DNA of 63,991 nucleotides, the filler included, from Raillietiella orientalis (taxonomy: Eukaryota), in assembly GCA_036172245.1 (NCBI GenBank). It is 4 parts of 4 records of this genome, joined end to end, with 100 filler letters (N's around TTAATTAATTAA, not from the genome) between each part and the next. Parts side by side here need not be neighbours in the genome. Positions count along the whole stretch, not along the records: positions 35,253 to 52,599 come from JAYWIR010000247.1; positions 52,700 to 63,991 come from JAYWIR010000267.1; 2 more parts are not named here. One strand, 5' to 3'. Numbering within the stretch: the first letter of the stretch is position 1; each line of letters begins with the position of its first letter. Under the pieces are notes generated by a model. It searched no databases. It worked only from the letters and a program-made list of their open reading frames with translations, and was not told the DNA's origin. Positions 50,201-62,780 of the stretch are shown here, one piece after another. The translations under genes were made by a program, and so were the position numbers.

Positions 50201-52599
50201 GAGGATTCTCCGTTCTTAGGGAAAACCGCACCAGGGGGTGATCGGACACCGTAGTCATAGTGTCGCGAAACCCCTGGATGCGGTTCCCAAGTTCGGTGCT
50301 GTGAAGGACGTGATCGATTGGCTTGTGGCTTGCTGTTCGCCACACCAGTCCGAACTCCTCGGATAGCCGTCGATACGCCGTCCTTCCTCTGGCGTCTTCC
50401 GAATGAATGATCTCATCCAAGATGTTGAGATCGCCAGCAACAATCACGACGTCCTTAGGGGCGACCTTTTGCCGGAGTGCTGCATGCAGCGCCTCCGCAC
50501 AACGAAGTTTTAGCCTGTGCGGCTAGCACACGTTCACCAGGATGAAGTGAACAGTAGCGGACCGGCCAGTCGCACGCCGATGATTCGTCCGGTTTGGGGA
50601 CAGAACACTTCCAGAATAGTAGGGGCAAGTTGTTCTTGATTAGGACCGCCACACCCTGCGTGTACAGTTCTCGTGTCGCTGACGAAAATCTTCCCGTTGA
50701 ATCGCCGTTCCATTTGCTGACTAATCTCGAGACCCATCTTGTGGGTCTCCTGCAGGCACACTATGTCTTGCTGTGCAATGGTCCGCACAATCCTTTTTCT
50801 TTTTCTCTGGTCGACCATACCGTTGACATTCCACGAGGCGATGTTCAGCCTCCTGGCGGTCGATAGGGAAGAGGCCATAAAAGGGGAAGACCTATTTTTT
50901 GGCCTTCCTGAGCTTCTTCTGTCTGAGAGAGCGTGCTCTTCCAGACAATGAAGAAGCAGCGGGCCTCTCGCTGCCGGCGTCACTGTCTGTTCCGGTGAGG
51001 TCGGTTACTTCCGCTTCCTCCGTCGAGTGTTCGGCTTGCGGGATCAGTTTTCGAGATAGCGTCTCTATCTGGACCTTGGCGCAGAAGTTCGCCTTTACGT
51101 CGAGAAGCTGTTCCTCTAGCTTTTCGCGCTCGGTGACCTCCACAACCTGGTTGACCTTCTCCTGTGCATTGCAGATCTTCTGCAAGATTTTCTCTTGCTG
51201 GGGACCGCTCTGCACCTCTAGGACTTCATTAGCCAGTGATGCCAACTCCTCCGTAGATTGCAGGGCCTCCTGCGACACCGGAGTGGCTTCGGCTATTTCT
51301 TCTTCCGCGCCTTCCTGCGCTACCTCCATCTTCTCGCCTTCTTGCTCTTCACCTTGTAGGATAAGAGAAGTTTCTTGCTCCTTGACGAGCATCCTCCTCT
51401 TTCCTTTCTTCCCTACCTGTATGAAGCCGTCTTCCGATACCGGGACGGCTTCTTTCACTTTCTTCGGCCTTCCTGCCTTCTGAGGCTGTTCCGCCTCCTT
51501 AATGTTACTCTCTCTCACGGGAGAGAGACCTCGAATCCTTCTGCAGTTTGCAAACTCCGAACAGCTCCATTTGGCATGTCCGTGTTTCTTGCAGAAGGAG
51601 GACACCCCTGGCTGCGGGCAGTTTCGCACTTGATGTCCTACTTTGCCTCAGCGGAAACAACGACACGTTGGGCAAGAGCCGGCCCTGTGGCCGAACTGCT
51701 TTGCACCCGGTGCAGAATATCGGTTGTTGCCGGTAACGCACGTTCACTCCCTGGAATTGTTCGTCAAGAACGGCTAATCCAGGGATCACAGCTCTCTCTT
51801 TCAACTTCATTTTGGCGATCATGTCGCCAGAAAATATATTTCCAGAGAAGTTCTGGAATTCAAGGTCCAGAACTTCCCCATACTGCTCCAAAAAGTTCTA
51901 CACCGTTAGTTGCGGTGTGAGGATGGAGATGCCGTTCAGAAAGACGGTTGTGTATGGCATTTTGCCAATGCCACAAACCATCCTCCCTTGTATATTGATC
52001 CCCTTCTGGATCAATCGCTCTCTAATCTTTTCACAGTGTGTGAAGACTGTGAACCCATTGTTTGCTGGTGTGATCGCCTGTATGCGATCAAAATTCATGT
52101 CCGTTTTATCGAGGGACAGATACACCTCCCTGATATTACTGAACTTGATCAGCCCAGTCTTGAAAATGATGGGCTTCACATTCGGCCCTAACTCCACGAT
52201 CGGCCGATCCACCTTTTGGACTTTACCGCATAGCGACTTCCCGAATTTTCTTGGTGGGTGGACACTCGCTTGTCCCGCAGCCACCGACGCATAGGAAAAG
52301 GGCTGCGCCGCCGCAGCCAAACAAGATGGCGTCTCGCCCTGAACCGCGTGGATGCCCGCGGGTCCTCCCTGGGACGCCGCCGCTCCGAGCGCAACCCTCG
52401 ACGTCGCCACCGTTGCCGCCACGGGCGGCACCCTCGGCATCGGCGCCGCAGGCGCGACCTTCGCCGTCGTCGCCGCGGGCACGACCCTTGACATCGCCGC
52501 TATCGGCGCAGCAAAGCCCGCCGCGGGCGCGATCCTCGGCATGCCTGCCACCGCCTCGCCGTTGCCGCACGTTACCTCCATGGCTTCCACGGGGGACGA
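47216..52599 (-). mobile_element. L1/Tx1 family A copy 2, 5' end cut by contig end
   Basis: Colinear with copy 1; ORF2 ATG 50878; 869-codon open stretch 47838-50447 with intact YADD; frameshifts in APE, ORF1 and C-terminus. Confidence 0.95.
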
Positions 52600-52699
52600 N
52601 NNNNNNNNNNNNNNNNNNNNNNNNNNNNNNNNNNNNNNNNNNNTTAATTAATTAANNNNNNNNNNNNNNNNNNNNNNNNNNNNNNNNNNNNNNNNNNNN
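52600..52699. other. Artificial contig linker
   Basis: N44-TTAATTAATTAA-N44. Confidence 0.97.
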
Positions 52700-55499
52700 T
52701 CCAGTGATTGTGTTGCTGTAAATCGACCGTAGTAGTTCAATTCCTTGAAGTTGAATCTCGTTTATTTGCATAACATTACAGATAACATAACATTGCAGAT
52801 ATTTTTTGAATATTAGTTGTGTGTATTGTAGCTTTACCACGGTTTCCCAATTCTTTTCTTTTTCAATTTTTAAAAAATCCAACAAATGTCTAAGGCCAAC
52901 TAACGCCTGCAGGTGTGAATTTTCACACAACTTTTTGTAAAAATTCTTCATGCTGCGAAAAATTTTCGAATCTACACAGATATAGAACAAATGTGTGAAA
53001 CCTTCGGTTTATACAACAATTGATGAAATTTAATTGGTTTATTTTTATTTGCTCATTTATATGGCAAATGTGAAAGTCAACTGCACAAATTGATGCCTTC
53101 TAGGAATGCTCTTTAATTAGTTCTTGAATCGCTCAGAACAGATACTGCGACTGCAGCAAAAAATCATTTGAGAATCTTCGAATGTCTTGAGGCTTTTGTG
53201 GTTACATATAGTTTGTTCGTTGTGCAGTTAGGTTTCCCATTAAATGATGAACGAACAGAATACATTGCACGCTTATTTTTAATAATTGTGAAAACATCAC
53301 ACCAGCATCTAAAGAAGCTTACTAATTTGTAGCAAGGACACGCAAGTCTACACACTTGGACTTTCGCCATACTAATAGCATTTCACGAACCTATGATTTA
53401 GACCAATTATTCAAATTCTAATTACTAATTTAAAGTTGATTTGTATCACTAGGTGGGAAAAGAAGCGGTAACGAATCAGAATCACAAAGATGAGAAAATA
53501 TTCACAAAAATACGGGAAAATGGGTGCGTGAAGGGTTGTCGAGAATGTTTGTCATGATGGCCTTAATATGCGCAAATCGCTGTTCACAAAGCGGAAAGCA
53601 TTCTAAACAACATCCAAATTCTAGCAAAATTCTGATACTTGGAGCTAACCGCAAAAGGAAATAGAAAAGTTATTTGATCAATCGGAAGATGCAAGAAATG
53701 AAGAACCTTATAAATGCTATATAGAGCACACGAGATTTGTGCCCACTGGTCAATATGTGAATATTCGATGGCGAGAAAAGATGGAGAACAGCAGTTTAAA
53801 CGGTTTGATGTCCATTTTCTTTATTGTAAGTGTGCATCTCCGACGGAGATAGCATTTCACAAACGTATGATTTAAGACAATATCCTGCTGCACAAATTTT
53901 CATTTAAAAAACTTTTACTCGATCCCCTTTTTATTGGCAAATTTTCGCATTGTCAATACAGTCGAGTACTTGCTTCATCCTTACATAAACATTGCGTCTT
54001 GGTAAGAAATCTTCCAAACAGTGTGACCTAGGAAGAAAGAAAAAAAAAACCAACTCTTGCAATTAACTTCGAATTCGAATTCTCATAGTTGAAGTGCATT
54101 TTTCGATACAAACCACACATGCAGAATCAAATTTGAACAAGATGTATTCATTATATATTCTCTTAGCTATTCATAAACATATTAGTCATGTGGTTTTGGG
54201 TTTTCATGTCACATACTTATGTCACATCACAAGCAAACATGAACCAGTAGATCGTAACCTTCACTCTGGAGTTCAGTTGTGTTGGCAGTACTTTCGCAGA
54301 CTCGGAACTGTGTGTTTCTTCGAAATTCCCCATGTAATAGTCCATGAGGGAAGTTACGGGATATCCTGATGCTAATACTTACACAACATAAACAGGGTGC
54401 AATTGAGTCCTGAGAATATTCGACGCTAATTTGAACAGAGTTCAAAGGTAATGGGTTTACTTGAGTGACGTAGAAACGTATCGATTAAATTCGAAAGACT
54501 GCATAAGTTTAAAATGATGCAGCAAGTGACTTTCATGTAACTTCGTTTGAGAACTTGTGGCAAACCTACATACTTCTCAGGAAGAAGCATATGAAAGCAA
54601 AATTTTAGAGAAATGTTGGTGAAATGTGTTCCGAGATCAAGATCTAAAGAAACAAAATTTCATGTGAAAGAATTTCGGTTGCGTATCGAAATGACTTGGC
54701 CGGGGAAAGGCAAATAAAGAGTTTATTTGCAACTTGACAGAAATAAGGCTTTGAAACGTGTATACTGGTCATTCCTATTCCCCATAATTTACATGTAGTC
54801 ATATCACATGACTTTTCAACTTTGTATCGTGGGCAGTATCCAAAACCACATAAATCCCAGCATACCTCAATGGTCCACATTTTAAACTAGTATCGACAAA
54901 CAAGTCGATCAATTAGCTGTACCAAAGGTTTCTTCATACCTACCTAATTTTCATTTAGAATTTCGTTGACTGATCTAAGTGTCTCCCTCCCATTTGTGCA
55001 TGCAGGGTTCAAGTAGTTTTCGCAGAATAGGAGGAGGTAGAGCACAGAACGTAGTCGAAAGAGTGTCACAGATTAGATCGAACTTTCCGAGTACACTGTG
55101 GTCATCTGTATTGGATACTATCAACAAGTGCTTTGTCTCTTTTGTATGCACATCACATGCGTATACGTTCTGGTAATTTTAAATTGTGTTTCCACCTGTT
55201 TTTCCAGTCAATTTCTCATCATTTTAAAGTCGAGTATTCGAAGCATTCGTATACTTTGAATTCGATAACTTTAAGGACATGTAAGAGAAAGTAAAAAAAA
55301 AACTTGTAGCAGAAAGTGAAGAAGGATTAACTTGATTTTCCCGAACTGTTTGAAGAGTTCTGCTTGAATCAGCAATATTCGAATCACGTGTGCTGTTTAT
55401 TACAAAACTTTCATCCAAAGCACTGGCATAATGTTTGTGCTTTCACCCCATGGATCTTTCTTTCTTCAATGTGAATTACTTGATTCAGTCTATGACAGG

Positions 55500-55860
55500 A
55501 AACAAAAGTAATGCACACCATTTTTGAAACTGAATGCATTTAGTGTGTGGAGGATAGGTAGTATTAGGCGAAAAAAAAAAGCTTATTAAATAATCAGAGC
55601 CCGTGCGACAATGTTATTTACGTGGAAATTGATTTCCATGTTACGAAGCATAACTTCCATGTCCAATAAAGATTTCAGTGCTTTTAAGATGCTGGGAATC
55701 CTGCTTACATGCAGAACCACAGGTCACAGTTTGGGAAAGTTACTATTCCGATGAGAAAATCCCGTACCACGGAAAAGTTATGTACGTACTACAAAATGAA
55801 TCCAAGACATTAAGAAGGTACAAGTGTTTCGATTTCGAATGGTGGAGACCCTTCCAATGA
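55500..55860 (+). mobile_element. Possible highly decayed piggyBac-like transposase fragment
   Basis: SDEKIPYHGK...RYK resembles the recalled SIDE.MIP.xG...GYK segment; weak. Confidence 0.35.
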
Positions 55861-57437
55861 AAGCGTGGAAAGTATGAAATTGCAGTGAAGACATTTTCGT
55901 GCAAATTGTTTATTAGTGTACAATCAGCGTCAAGGATCAGAAAAGCGAAATGATGAACCAAATTCAATGAATGAAGCATCTGCGCCGGAGGTAACGTGAA
56001 GACCCTTTACGTTTTTAAATCACGTAAAATACACTTAAAGTTAAAACAGGTAGCGCAGTTGGCCATTAGACTCTATACCATAGTGTTTTGTTTCAAAGTG
56101 ACGAAGGATTTGATTGGTAAACATGGATTTCTTAGAAGCAAAAAGAGACGCTACTTTTTCCAAATGGGCACTTCTGCCATCGCAGGAAATTCCACGCACT
56201 GCGTAGTTCCCACATCGTCCCGGAAATCGCATTCTGCTGCGTGCTGAGGTCGAGAAAAATTTACCTTGCCTGCAATAGTGGCAACTGTTTCGTGGAGGAT
56301 CAGTCTTCAGAAACAGAAAAAAGGAAAGTAACCAGAAACACTTTTACAATTCTTCCTGGATTGAAAGCAAGCTTGAAACTTGTACGATACATGTGTACTC
56401 CAAGGGAAAAGTAATATGCTGTTCACACTAGCTTCGAATGTCATTTTACTCGTTTCACTAGCATGGCTCCTTCTAGCATTACGTGAGATTTGAAGAATAC
56501 TTTATTGGCTCATGAAACAATACTGAAGACACATTACCTTGAAAACTGATGGAATTAGGAATGCAGAGTCACTAGTCGGTTGACAAATATTTCAGTTTTC
56601 CTGGTTCACTACATTAATAGAATGCTAGCGGTTCATTCGAGACATTTTGCTTGTAGTGTGCTATTAAAATGTTTACACAAAATGCCTCACACTCAAACAA
56701 GAAAGCAAATCCTTGCCTGATTCGCAGTCGAAACTTGTGAATGCTTGTAAATTTCGAATGAGGTTTTTCTCAATACTCATTAGAGGTATATAAATTGAAA
56801 AGCAATAAATTATAAACAATTTAAAAATGGTAGACTGTTTATAGAGGAATACACTGCTGTATTTGGAAAAAACACACTTCATCCGTTAGCTTGAGGTGCT
56901 CTTAATAAAATTCTAGTTGAAAGCTGCTATGAAAGTAAAATTGTTCCGAAAATAACTTGCGAACAGTATTAATTATTTTTAAATCTGGAATGAAGCAATA
57001 GTTGAGTAGTTGTTGCACATTTTCGCAATCCCTCCCAAATGATACACCTTGTATAAGTACATAGGTTATATACTGAATCAATCTACCATGCATTTATTTT
57101 TATAGACTATATTCCAAAAACTCATTTCTATTACAAATACATTAATGTACACGCGTACTCAACTGTGTAAGATTTACTTAATTACAGAACATCTGCAAGT
57201 TATACTTTACGCAAGTGCAGAACTACTTTTTCATTTATTTCCACTATTTTATTTTCATATCCATTGTTCGCACTGTAAAATTGAAAGGCTGGGAACAAAT
57301 CCTCATCTCATGTAACTAACCGAATTGAAAACTGGAATATTCTGTTTACTAAGAATGAGTTAACAAATTTCCATGTTGTGTTAAAGAAAAGCAATAATGA
57401 AATGAGTATTTTTATTTGCCCAGATGTGTGCATATCT

Positions 57438-57482
57438 ACACACACACACACACACACACAATCACGCACACAAACAAACAAA
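57438..57482. repeat. (CA)n microsatellite
   Basis: Directly visible. Confidence 0.85.
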
Positions 57483-57595
57483 TAATTATTAGAATCGATT
57501 AAGCGCAACAAACTCATACCTAATACTCTTATGTGTCTTCCAAAATAAAGCTTTCAATCAATTCCTAAACTGTTTTCACCTGCTTTCTGATATAT

Positions 57596-58022
57596 CTATT
57601 CCAGAGATAGGTCCCCCTGATAAGATAAAAATATTCACAATTTACACAGAGATCACATTAATTGAGAATTACCTACGTTCATGGCACCTGGCTGGGGGTA
57701 TGGCTGAGGTGGAGGTGGTACAGGTTCAGAAGGAGGTACTGGTGATGGCTGACTTCCAGGTACAGGGATATTTTGACCTGCATTAGCAGGGTTTGTTGAG
57801 GCAGCCTGGCAAATACATCATGTTCCAAGTGATTAAAGGAAGCAGCTTCAAAAAAAATTCTTTTTTGCATACTTTTTCAGCTTTCATTTGCCGTTCTAAA
57901 ATTGCAGCTTCCTTGTGCATGCCCATGGAACGATAATATTCTAACCACTGAGCACTATAATCAGGGTGACCTGTAGTTGGTGTCGCTGCCACAGGTACAG
58001 GGGCAGCAGAACGTGGCACAGG
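57596..58022 (-). CDS. 3' exons of a PSI/FUBP/KSRP-like gene (Tyr-rich AB/DUF1897-type motif + Pro-rich tail)
   Basis: PDYSAQWLEYYRSMGMHKEAAILE; GT-AG exons 58022-57873, 57805-57677, 57616-57596 (GDLSLE*); no KH domains seen upstream. Confidence 0.75.
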
Positions 58023-58070
58023 CTCATCATAATAATAGGAATAGGAATTAGCAAATACTAGAAGGCACAC

Positions 58071-61000
58071 AGATGGCACTTCATCTGTGCAAGGCCGATT
58101 TGCAAGCAGTTCCTGCTCAAAATTCTGATGCTTTTGAAGTTTTCCATTCAAATTAGTGGGATCCTACATCAGCTATATTGAGTGTAAAATTTAATTCTCA
58201 AGCTTACCATGTAATTTTCATCTGTCGCTACTTTAAGCTTCTCATTGATCCATCCCTTAGTTTCATCACAATCTCTCTCAAACTGCTGCAAGCGATAAGA
58301 CTCATCTAACATAAAACGTCGATTATTTGATTTGTCTAAAAGTGCTAAGCGTCGCTCTAGAAGCTAAAAAAGAGTTGCTTTTTCTGAAATATACATCCAA
58401 TGATCCTGACCAACTGCCTGCGATGCGCCACATCATCAAGTGCATAATGCTGCTCATTAATAAGCTTGGTAGCAAAAACCTCCAAAACTTTGATCTTTTC
58501 TTCTTGTGCAGCTAAAGATTTCTCAAAATCCTCGTGCTTTTTTATAAGGGCTTCCACAGAATCTAAAGAATCGCCAAGATCGTCACTGATCAGGAAAGCT
58601 TCTTGCTTGGCCATAATTGCATCAGCTTGTTCAGTATCGCGATAAAATAATTGCAGATCCAAACACTGTTCATAAAGAATTCGTCTATCTTCCCACAGTT
58701 TCAATAAGGAATTCTTCTCGGATCTTAAGGTGTCAAGCTTTTCTTTCACATCCTCAGAAGCAAAATGTCCTGCATCAAGCAACTTTTGGCCAGATGCCAT
58801 TGTATTCTGGAAATTATCGCTATGGGCATCGATTTCTCCTTTGTGTTCCTGATGACATTCTAACAGAGCTTCAGCTCCTGAGACTTCTTTGGCTAACTCA
58901 TCAGCCAGTATAATCGTTTTCATGTCTGCAATCCAAGACATCAGATCACGATAATCAACCAAAAAACAGTGCAGCAAGTAGGACTCATCTAAGCGCCTTT
59001 TTCGATCCTGAAGTCGATAATTAATTGGTACACAATCTTAATCGACAAATTGTACCTGAGCTTTTCCCTTTAGATTTTGCCAGTTGTTTACTATAACTTC
59101 ATGTTTTGTTTTGATTTGATCACTGTTCTCAGGATGTGTGTAACACAGATGTTCAGCCTCTTCACCCAAATTGCTCACTTTGTCCTCCAGAGCTGCTAAA
59201 TCTCTCTCCATTCCCTCATGTTTTCTCTGTAACAAATTGGTACATGACAGGAACTACCTTTCATCTTTTGTTATAGACCTGTAATGCTTGCACACTAGCA
59301 AGGTCTTTGCCTAAGTCATCTGAAGACAAAACTGAATCTTTCTCCAAAATCCAGGCAACCGTCTCATCAGCATCTCGATTGAATCTTTGAATTTCATGGG
59401 CCCCAAATAAACGCTCCTGTCTAAGAATAGCCATCTGTTTCAAATGCTGCCAAGCTTCCAACATTTCCTGCAATTACTATAATCTTGTCATGCTACCCAC
59501 AACAACTGACCTCCTTTCTTTTGATTATCTGGTCTTTTTCAGGATGATGTTCTTCAATTAATCGATTTGCAAATTCACATACTTCCAAAACCCGATATTC
59601 CTGAGAAGCCATATCTTTTTGAAATTCATCAAACTTTCTCTGCAAGACTTCGACATGCTCAAGATCATTACCAAACTCATCTGCACTGACGAAAGTTTCC
59701 TACATATTACACACATTTGTTATTTCTTGACCACTCATTCATTTGTGCACTAATAACTTGATTACCTTATCACTTATCCAGAACATGACTTCATCACACT
59801 GTCTCAAGAATTGCACTAACACTAATGCCTGTTGCAATTTCATACCTTTTTCTGCTAGACGAGAAAGAAGCAGTTCCCATAAATCATGCAATTCTTCTAC
59901 AAAAGAGTAAGTATATCATAATCTCCTCAATACCTATAAACAACTTGCCTAATCTTTTTTTGATAGCAGCGGATTCAAAATGATTCTGATTAATCATTTC
60001 CCAACCAGTATTATCTAGTACCACAATTGCATTGCTGTGAGCTGATACTTCAGCCTCGAATGCTTGATGTTTCTGAATTTTCGCCTGAAACGGGCTTGTA
60101 GATAAATTTGTGACACAGCAGTGAATAACCTGTAAATTGGATGCATCCTTGTAGCTTTCATCAGATGCAGTTTGCAATTTTTCATAGATCCACGACTCCA
60201 GTTCATCACAATCTCGTTTGAAGTACTAAATATTTGCAAAGTAAGGGTCAGTTACACATAACAAAATACTCATCACTTTTAAAACAAAAACAGTTTAATT
60301 TGTATATATTCGTTTGGAGGAAGAGAATCTCCGGCTTTTTTTAACACGACATTTTTCGATGGTTATTACGAAGCTCACAACAAGTTATATTAAAAAATAC
60401 GCAGTTGACCAATAAAAGCTATAACAAATAAGAAAAACTATGCACTTGTGTTTTCAATGATAAATCCGTTTCCTCATAAATTAATGTATGCATGTACTAA
60501 TTACATGCCTTCCCTTGTGGGAATATACCAAAACCATGCGTATCTTCTTAAGCAATTTGCATACATGAATGATTTACATGATGGTAATTTCAATCAACTA
60601 CTAATTTCAAACAAAGATAAGAACACCTCTATGATTATACAAACATATGTTCAATGTGGGGAGACATAATGTGATGACCTGAACATTTTCATACAAAGTA
60701 TTATGGAGCCAAACTCCCAAATGGAAAATTATGAAATGTATGCAAGAAATATAGCTTATCCAATTAAAAAACATTTGTATTGTAAGTGTACAAATTCACA
60801 GAAGCAAACTCTCTAAGTAGGCATGAAAAATGATGAAACTCCCATGCAGCGTTAACTTTTTTACCAGGGAACGGTACCAAATTTGTAATATTGCAAGCAG
60901 TGCAGCAATTACGTACTATGACATGATAAATAATATAAAAACGAAATCAATTACGTTATTCACACTGAGCACTTCAATGTACTTAAACTGTAATCAACCT

Positions 61001-62780
61001 TAGTACAAATTTAAATTAAGTAACATTACACCTGATGTGCAATTTTATGATAGCAATGAAACAGAAAGAATTGCATTTTTGGCATGTGAAACTCATTTGA
61101 CCAACTCATTTAAAACAACAATAAACATTAAACAGTACAAATATTTTTGAAAGTAATGAAAATAAAAAAAAATTGAATATCTGGGAGAGATTTCCCATTA
61201 CATGGTGTTTTTCTTGTATTTATCCACAGCTCGCAAAACAAAACACTGATATCAAGAATACTGCCAATCAATGTTTTCTGTTATTTTCTACTCAACTCCG
61301 ATCCTGTCGCATATTTTAAAGTCTCAATACATAACAAGAGCTGCAACTTGAACTTGGACCTGTTCACGGAGAAAAGAATATAATGGAGACAAAACAAAGG
61401 CTGCAAATAAGAATCAAAGAACTTGAATGCAAACGCATTAATTATAGTGATAAAAGAAACACTATGTAAGGTTCAGACCTGCTCAGCATTAAAAGGAAAC
61501 AATAGGAAATTCCAAAACGTATTGCTAAATCCATGAAGGGGTAAAACACTTGGATATCCCAAAACATGGACATAATTTACACATTAATGTCAAGAATCAC
61601 ATTAGATTTTCTAACTAATAGGCCAAAAAGAAAAAGCAGTTCATAACAATAGGTCATGTACATTACAACAGCTGAAACTCAAGTCTTACGACATAGAGGA
61701 ATGGTTGGGAAAAAAATACCCTAATACGTTTTGTTGAATGATAAGCCTATATGTTATTTTCAAAGGAACTGTTTGTGAATGATAAGTAATTCCTGAAGGG
61801 AAAAGAGTGATCCATCTTTCAAAACAGATTGCAACGTTACAAAGAACCAACATACATAAAACTTTCTGCAAACATAGAAATAAAACTTACGAAGAAAAAT
61901 TCTTAAATGTTATGCACACAACATCTTTTAAAATTTATCATCTTTTGCTGAAAAAATAATCTAGGTAAGGAATCAAATCACATGACAGAATCACTATTGA
62001 TTTGCAGTTTCATATCATGCAATACATATGCTGAACTTGAATTCTAACATACACGCTGATACAAAAAGTTACTGACAAACTTGACAGTACAGAAGCACAC
62101 AAAGTTTTACTCATAAACTTTTACATAAATGTTTACTCAGGTTTCTGGGACTGGGTTCGGTACTCTAAGCAAATATGGTGAATCGCATGTAAAACTTTCA
62201 AGAAATCATTTCCTTTTCAGTAGGCATGCTTATTGGTGTGTTAAGATGACTTCATAAATGAGCTATGAGCAAGAGGGCACATATTTTTGTGAAAAGTGCA
62301 GATCGATAAAGTGCAGGGCATACGAGGAGCTCATCACGATGCGAGTTTCAGAAATTAATTCATTTTTTCTGAACTTCTACGTCCGTACATGCAGGAATTT
62401 TGTTTGGATTAATTCCGTTCGATTCTGCTAAATACTCAACAGGGCACCGATAGTTTTCCGCCCAACGAAAGGGAAGACACCGCACCAACATTTACTTTCG
62501 TGAAATTTTAAAATTTTCTACGAAGATGGAATACTCAGTGAGTGGAAAATAGCTGATCATAGCATATTACGACGGAAGGCAGGTTAAAAAATCCTACTTT
62601 TCACGGTAGGGAGCGAGCATCCATTACCTGGTATTTCCGGGATTCATGTAGCTTATCCCTTTTATTGCGTGCTTCCAATTTACACTGAGCATACCTCGTC
62701 AAAACAGAATTACGTCTCTCCTGTATATCTTCCACAGTCTCCAAAACTTTTACATCATTCACAACAACGGACTGATCCAT
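58071..62780 (-). CDS. alpha-Spec: Alpha-spectrin, 5' part only (N-terminal helix to about repeat 6), 10 exons
   Basis: VKVLETVEDIQERR, YFKRDCDELESWI, KHQAFEAEVSAH, QRFNRDADET, KKHEDFEKSL, DPTNLNGKLQKHQNF; exons 62780-62628, 60225-60130, 60084-59949 and onward splice in frame. Confidence 0.93.
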
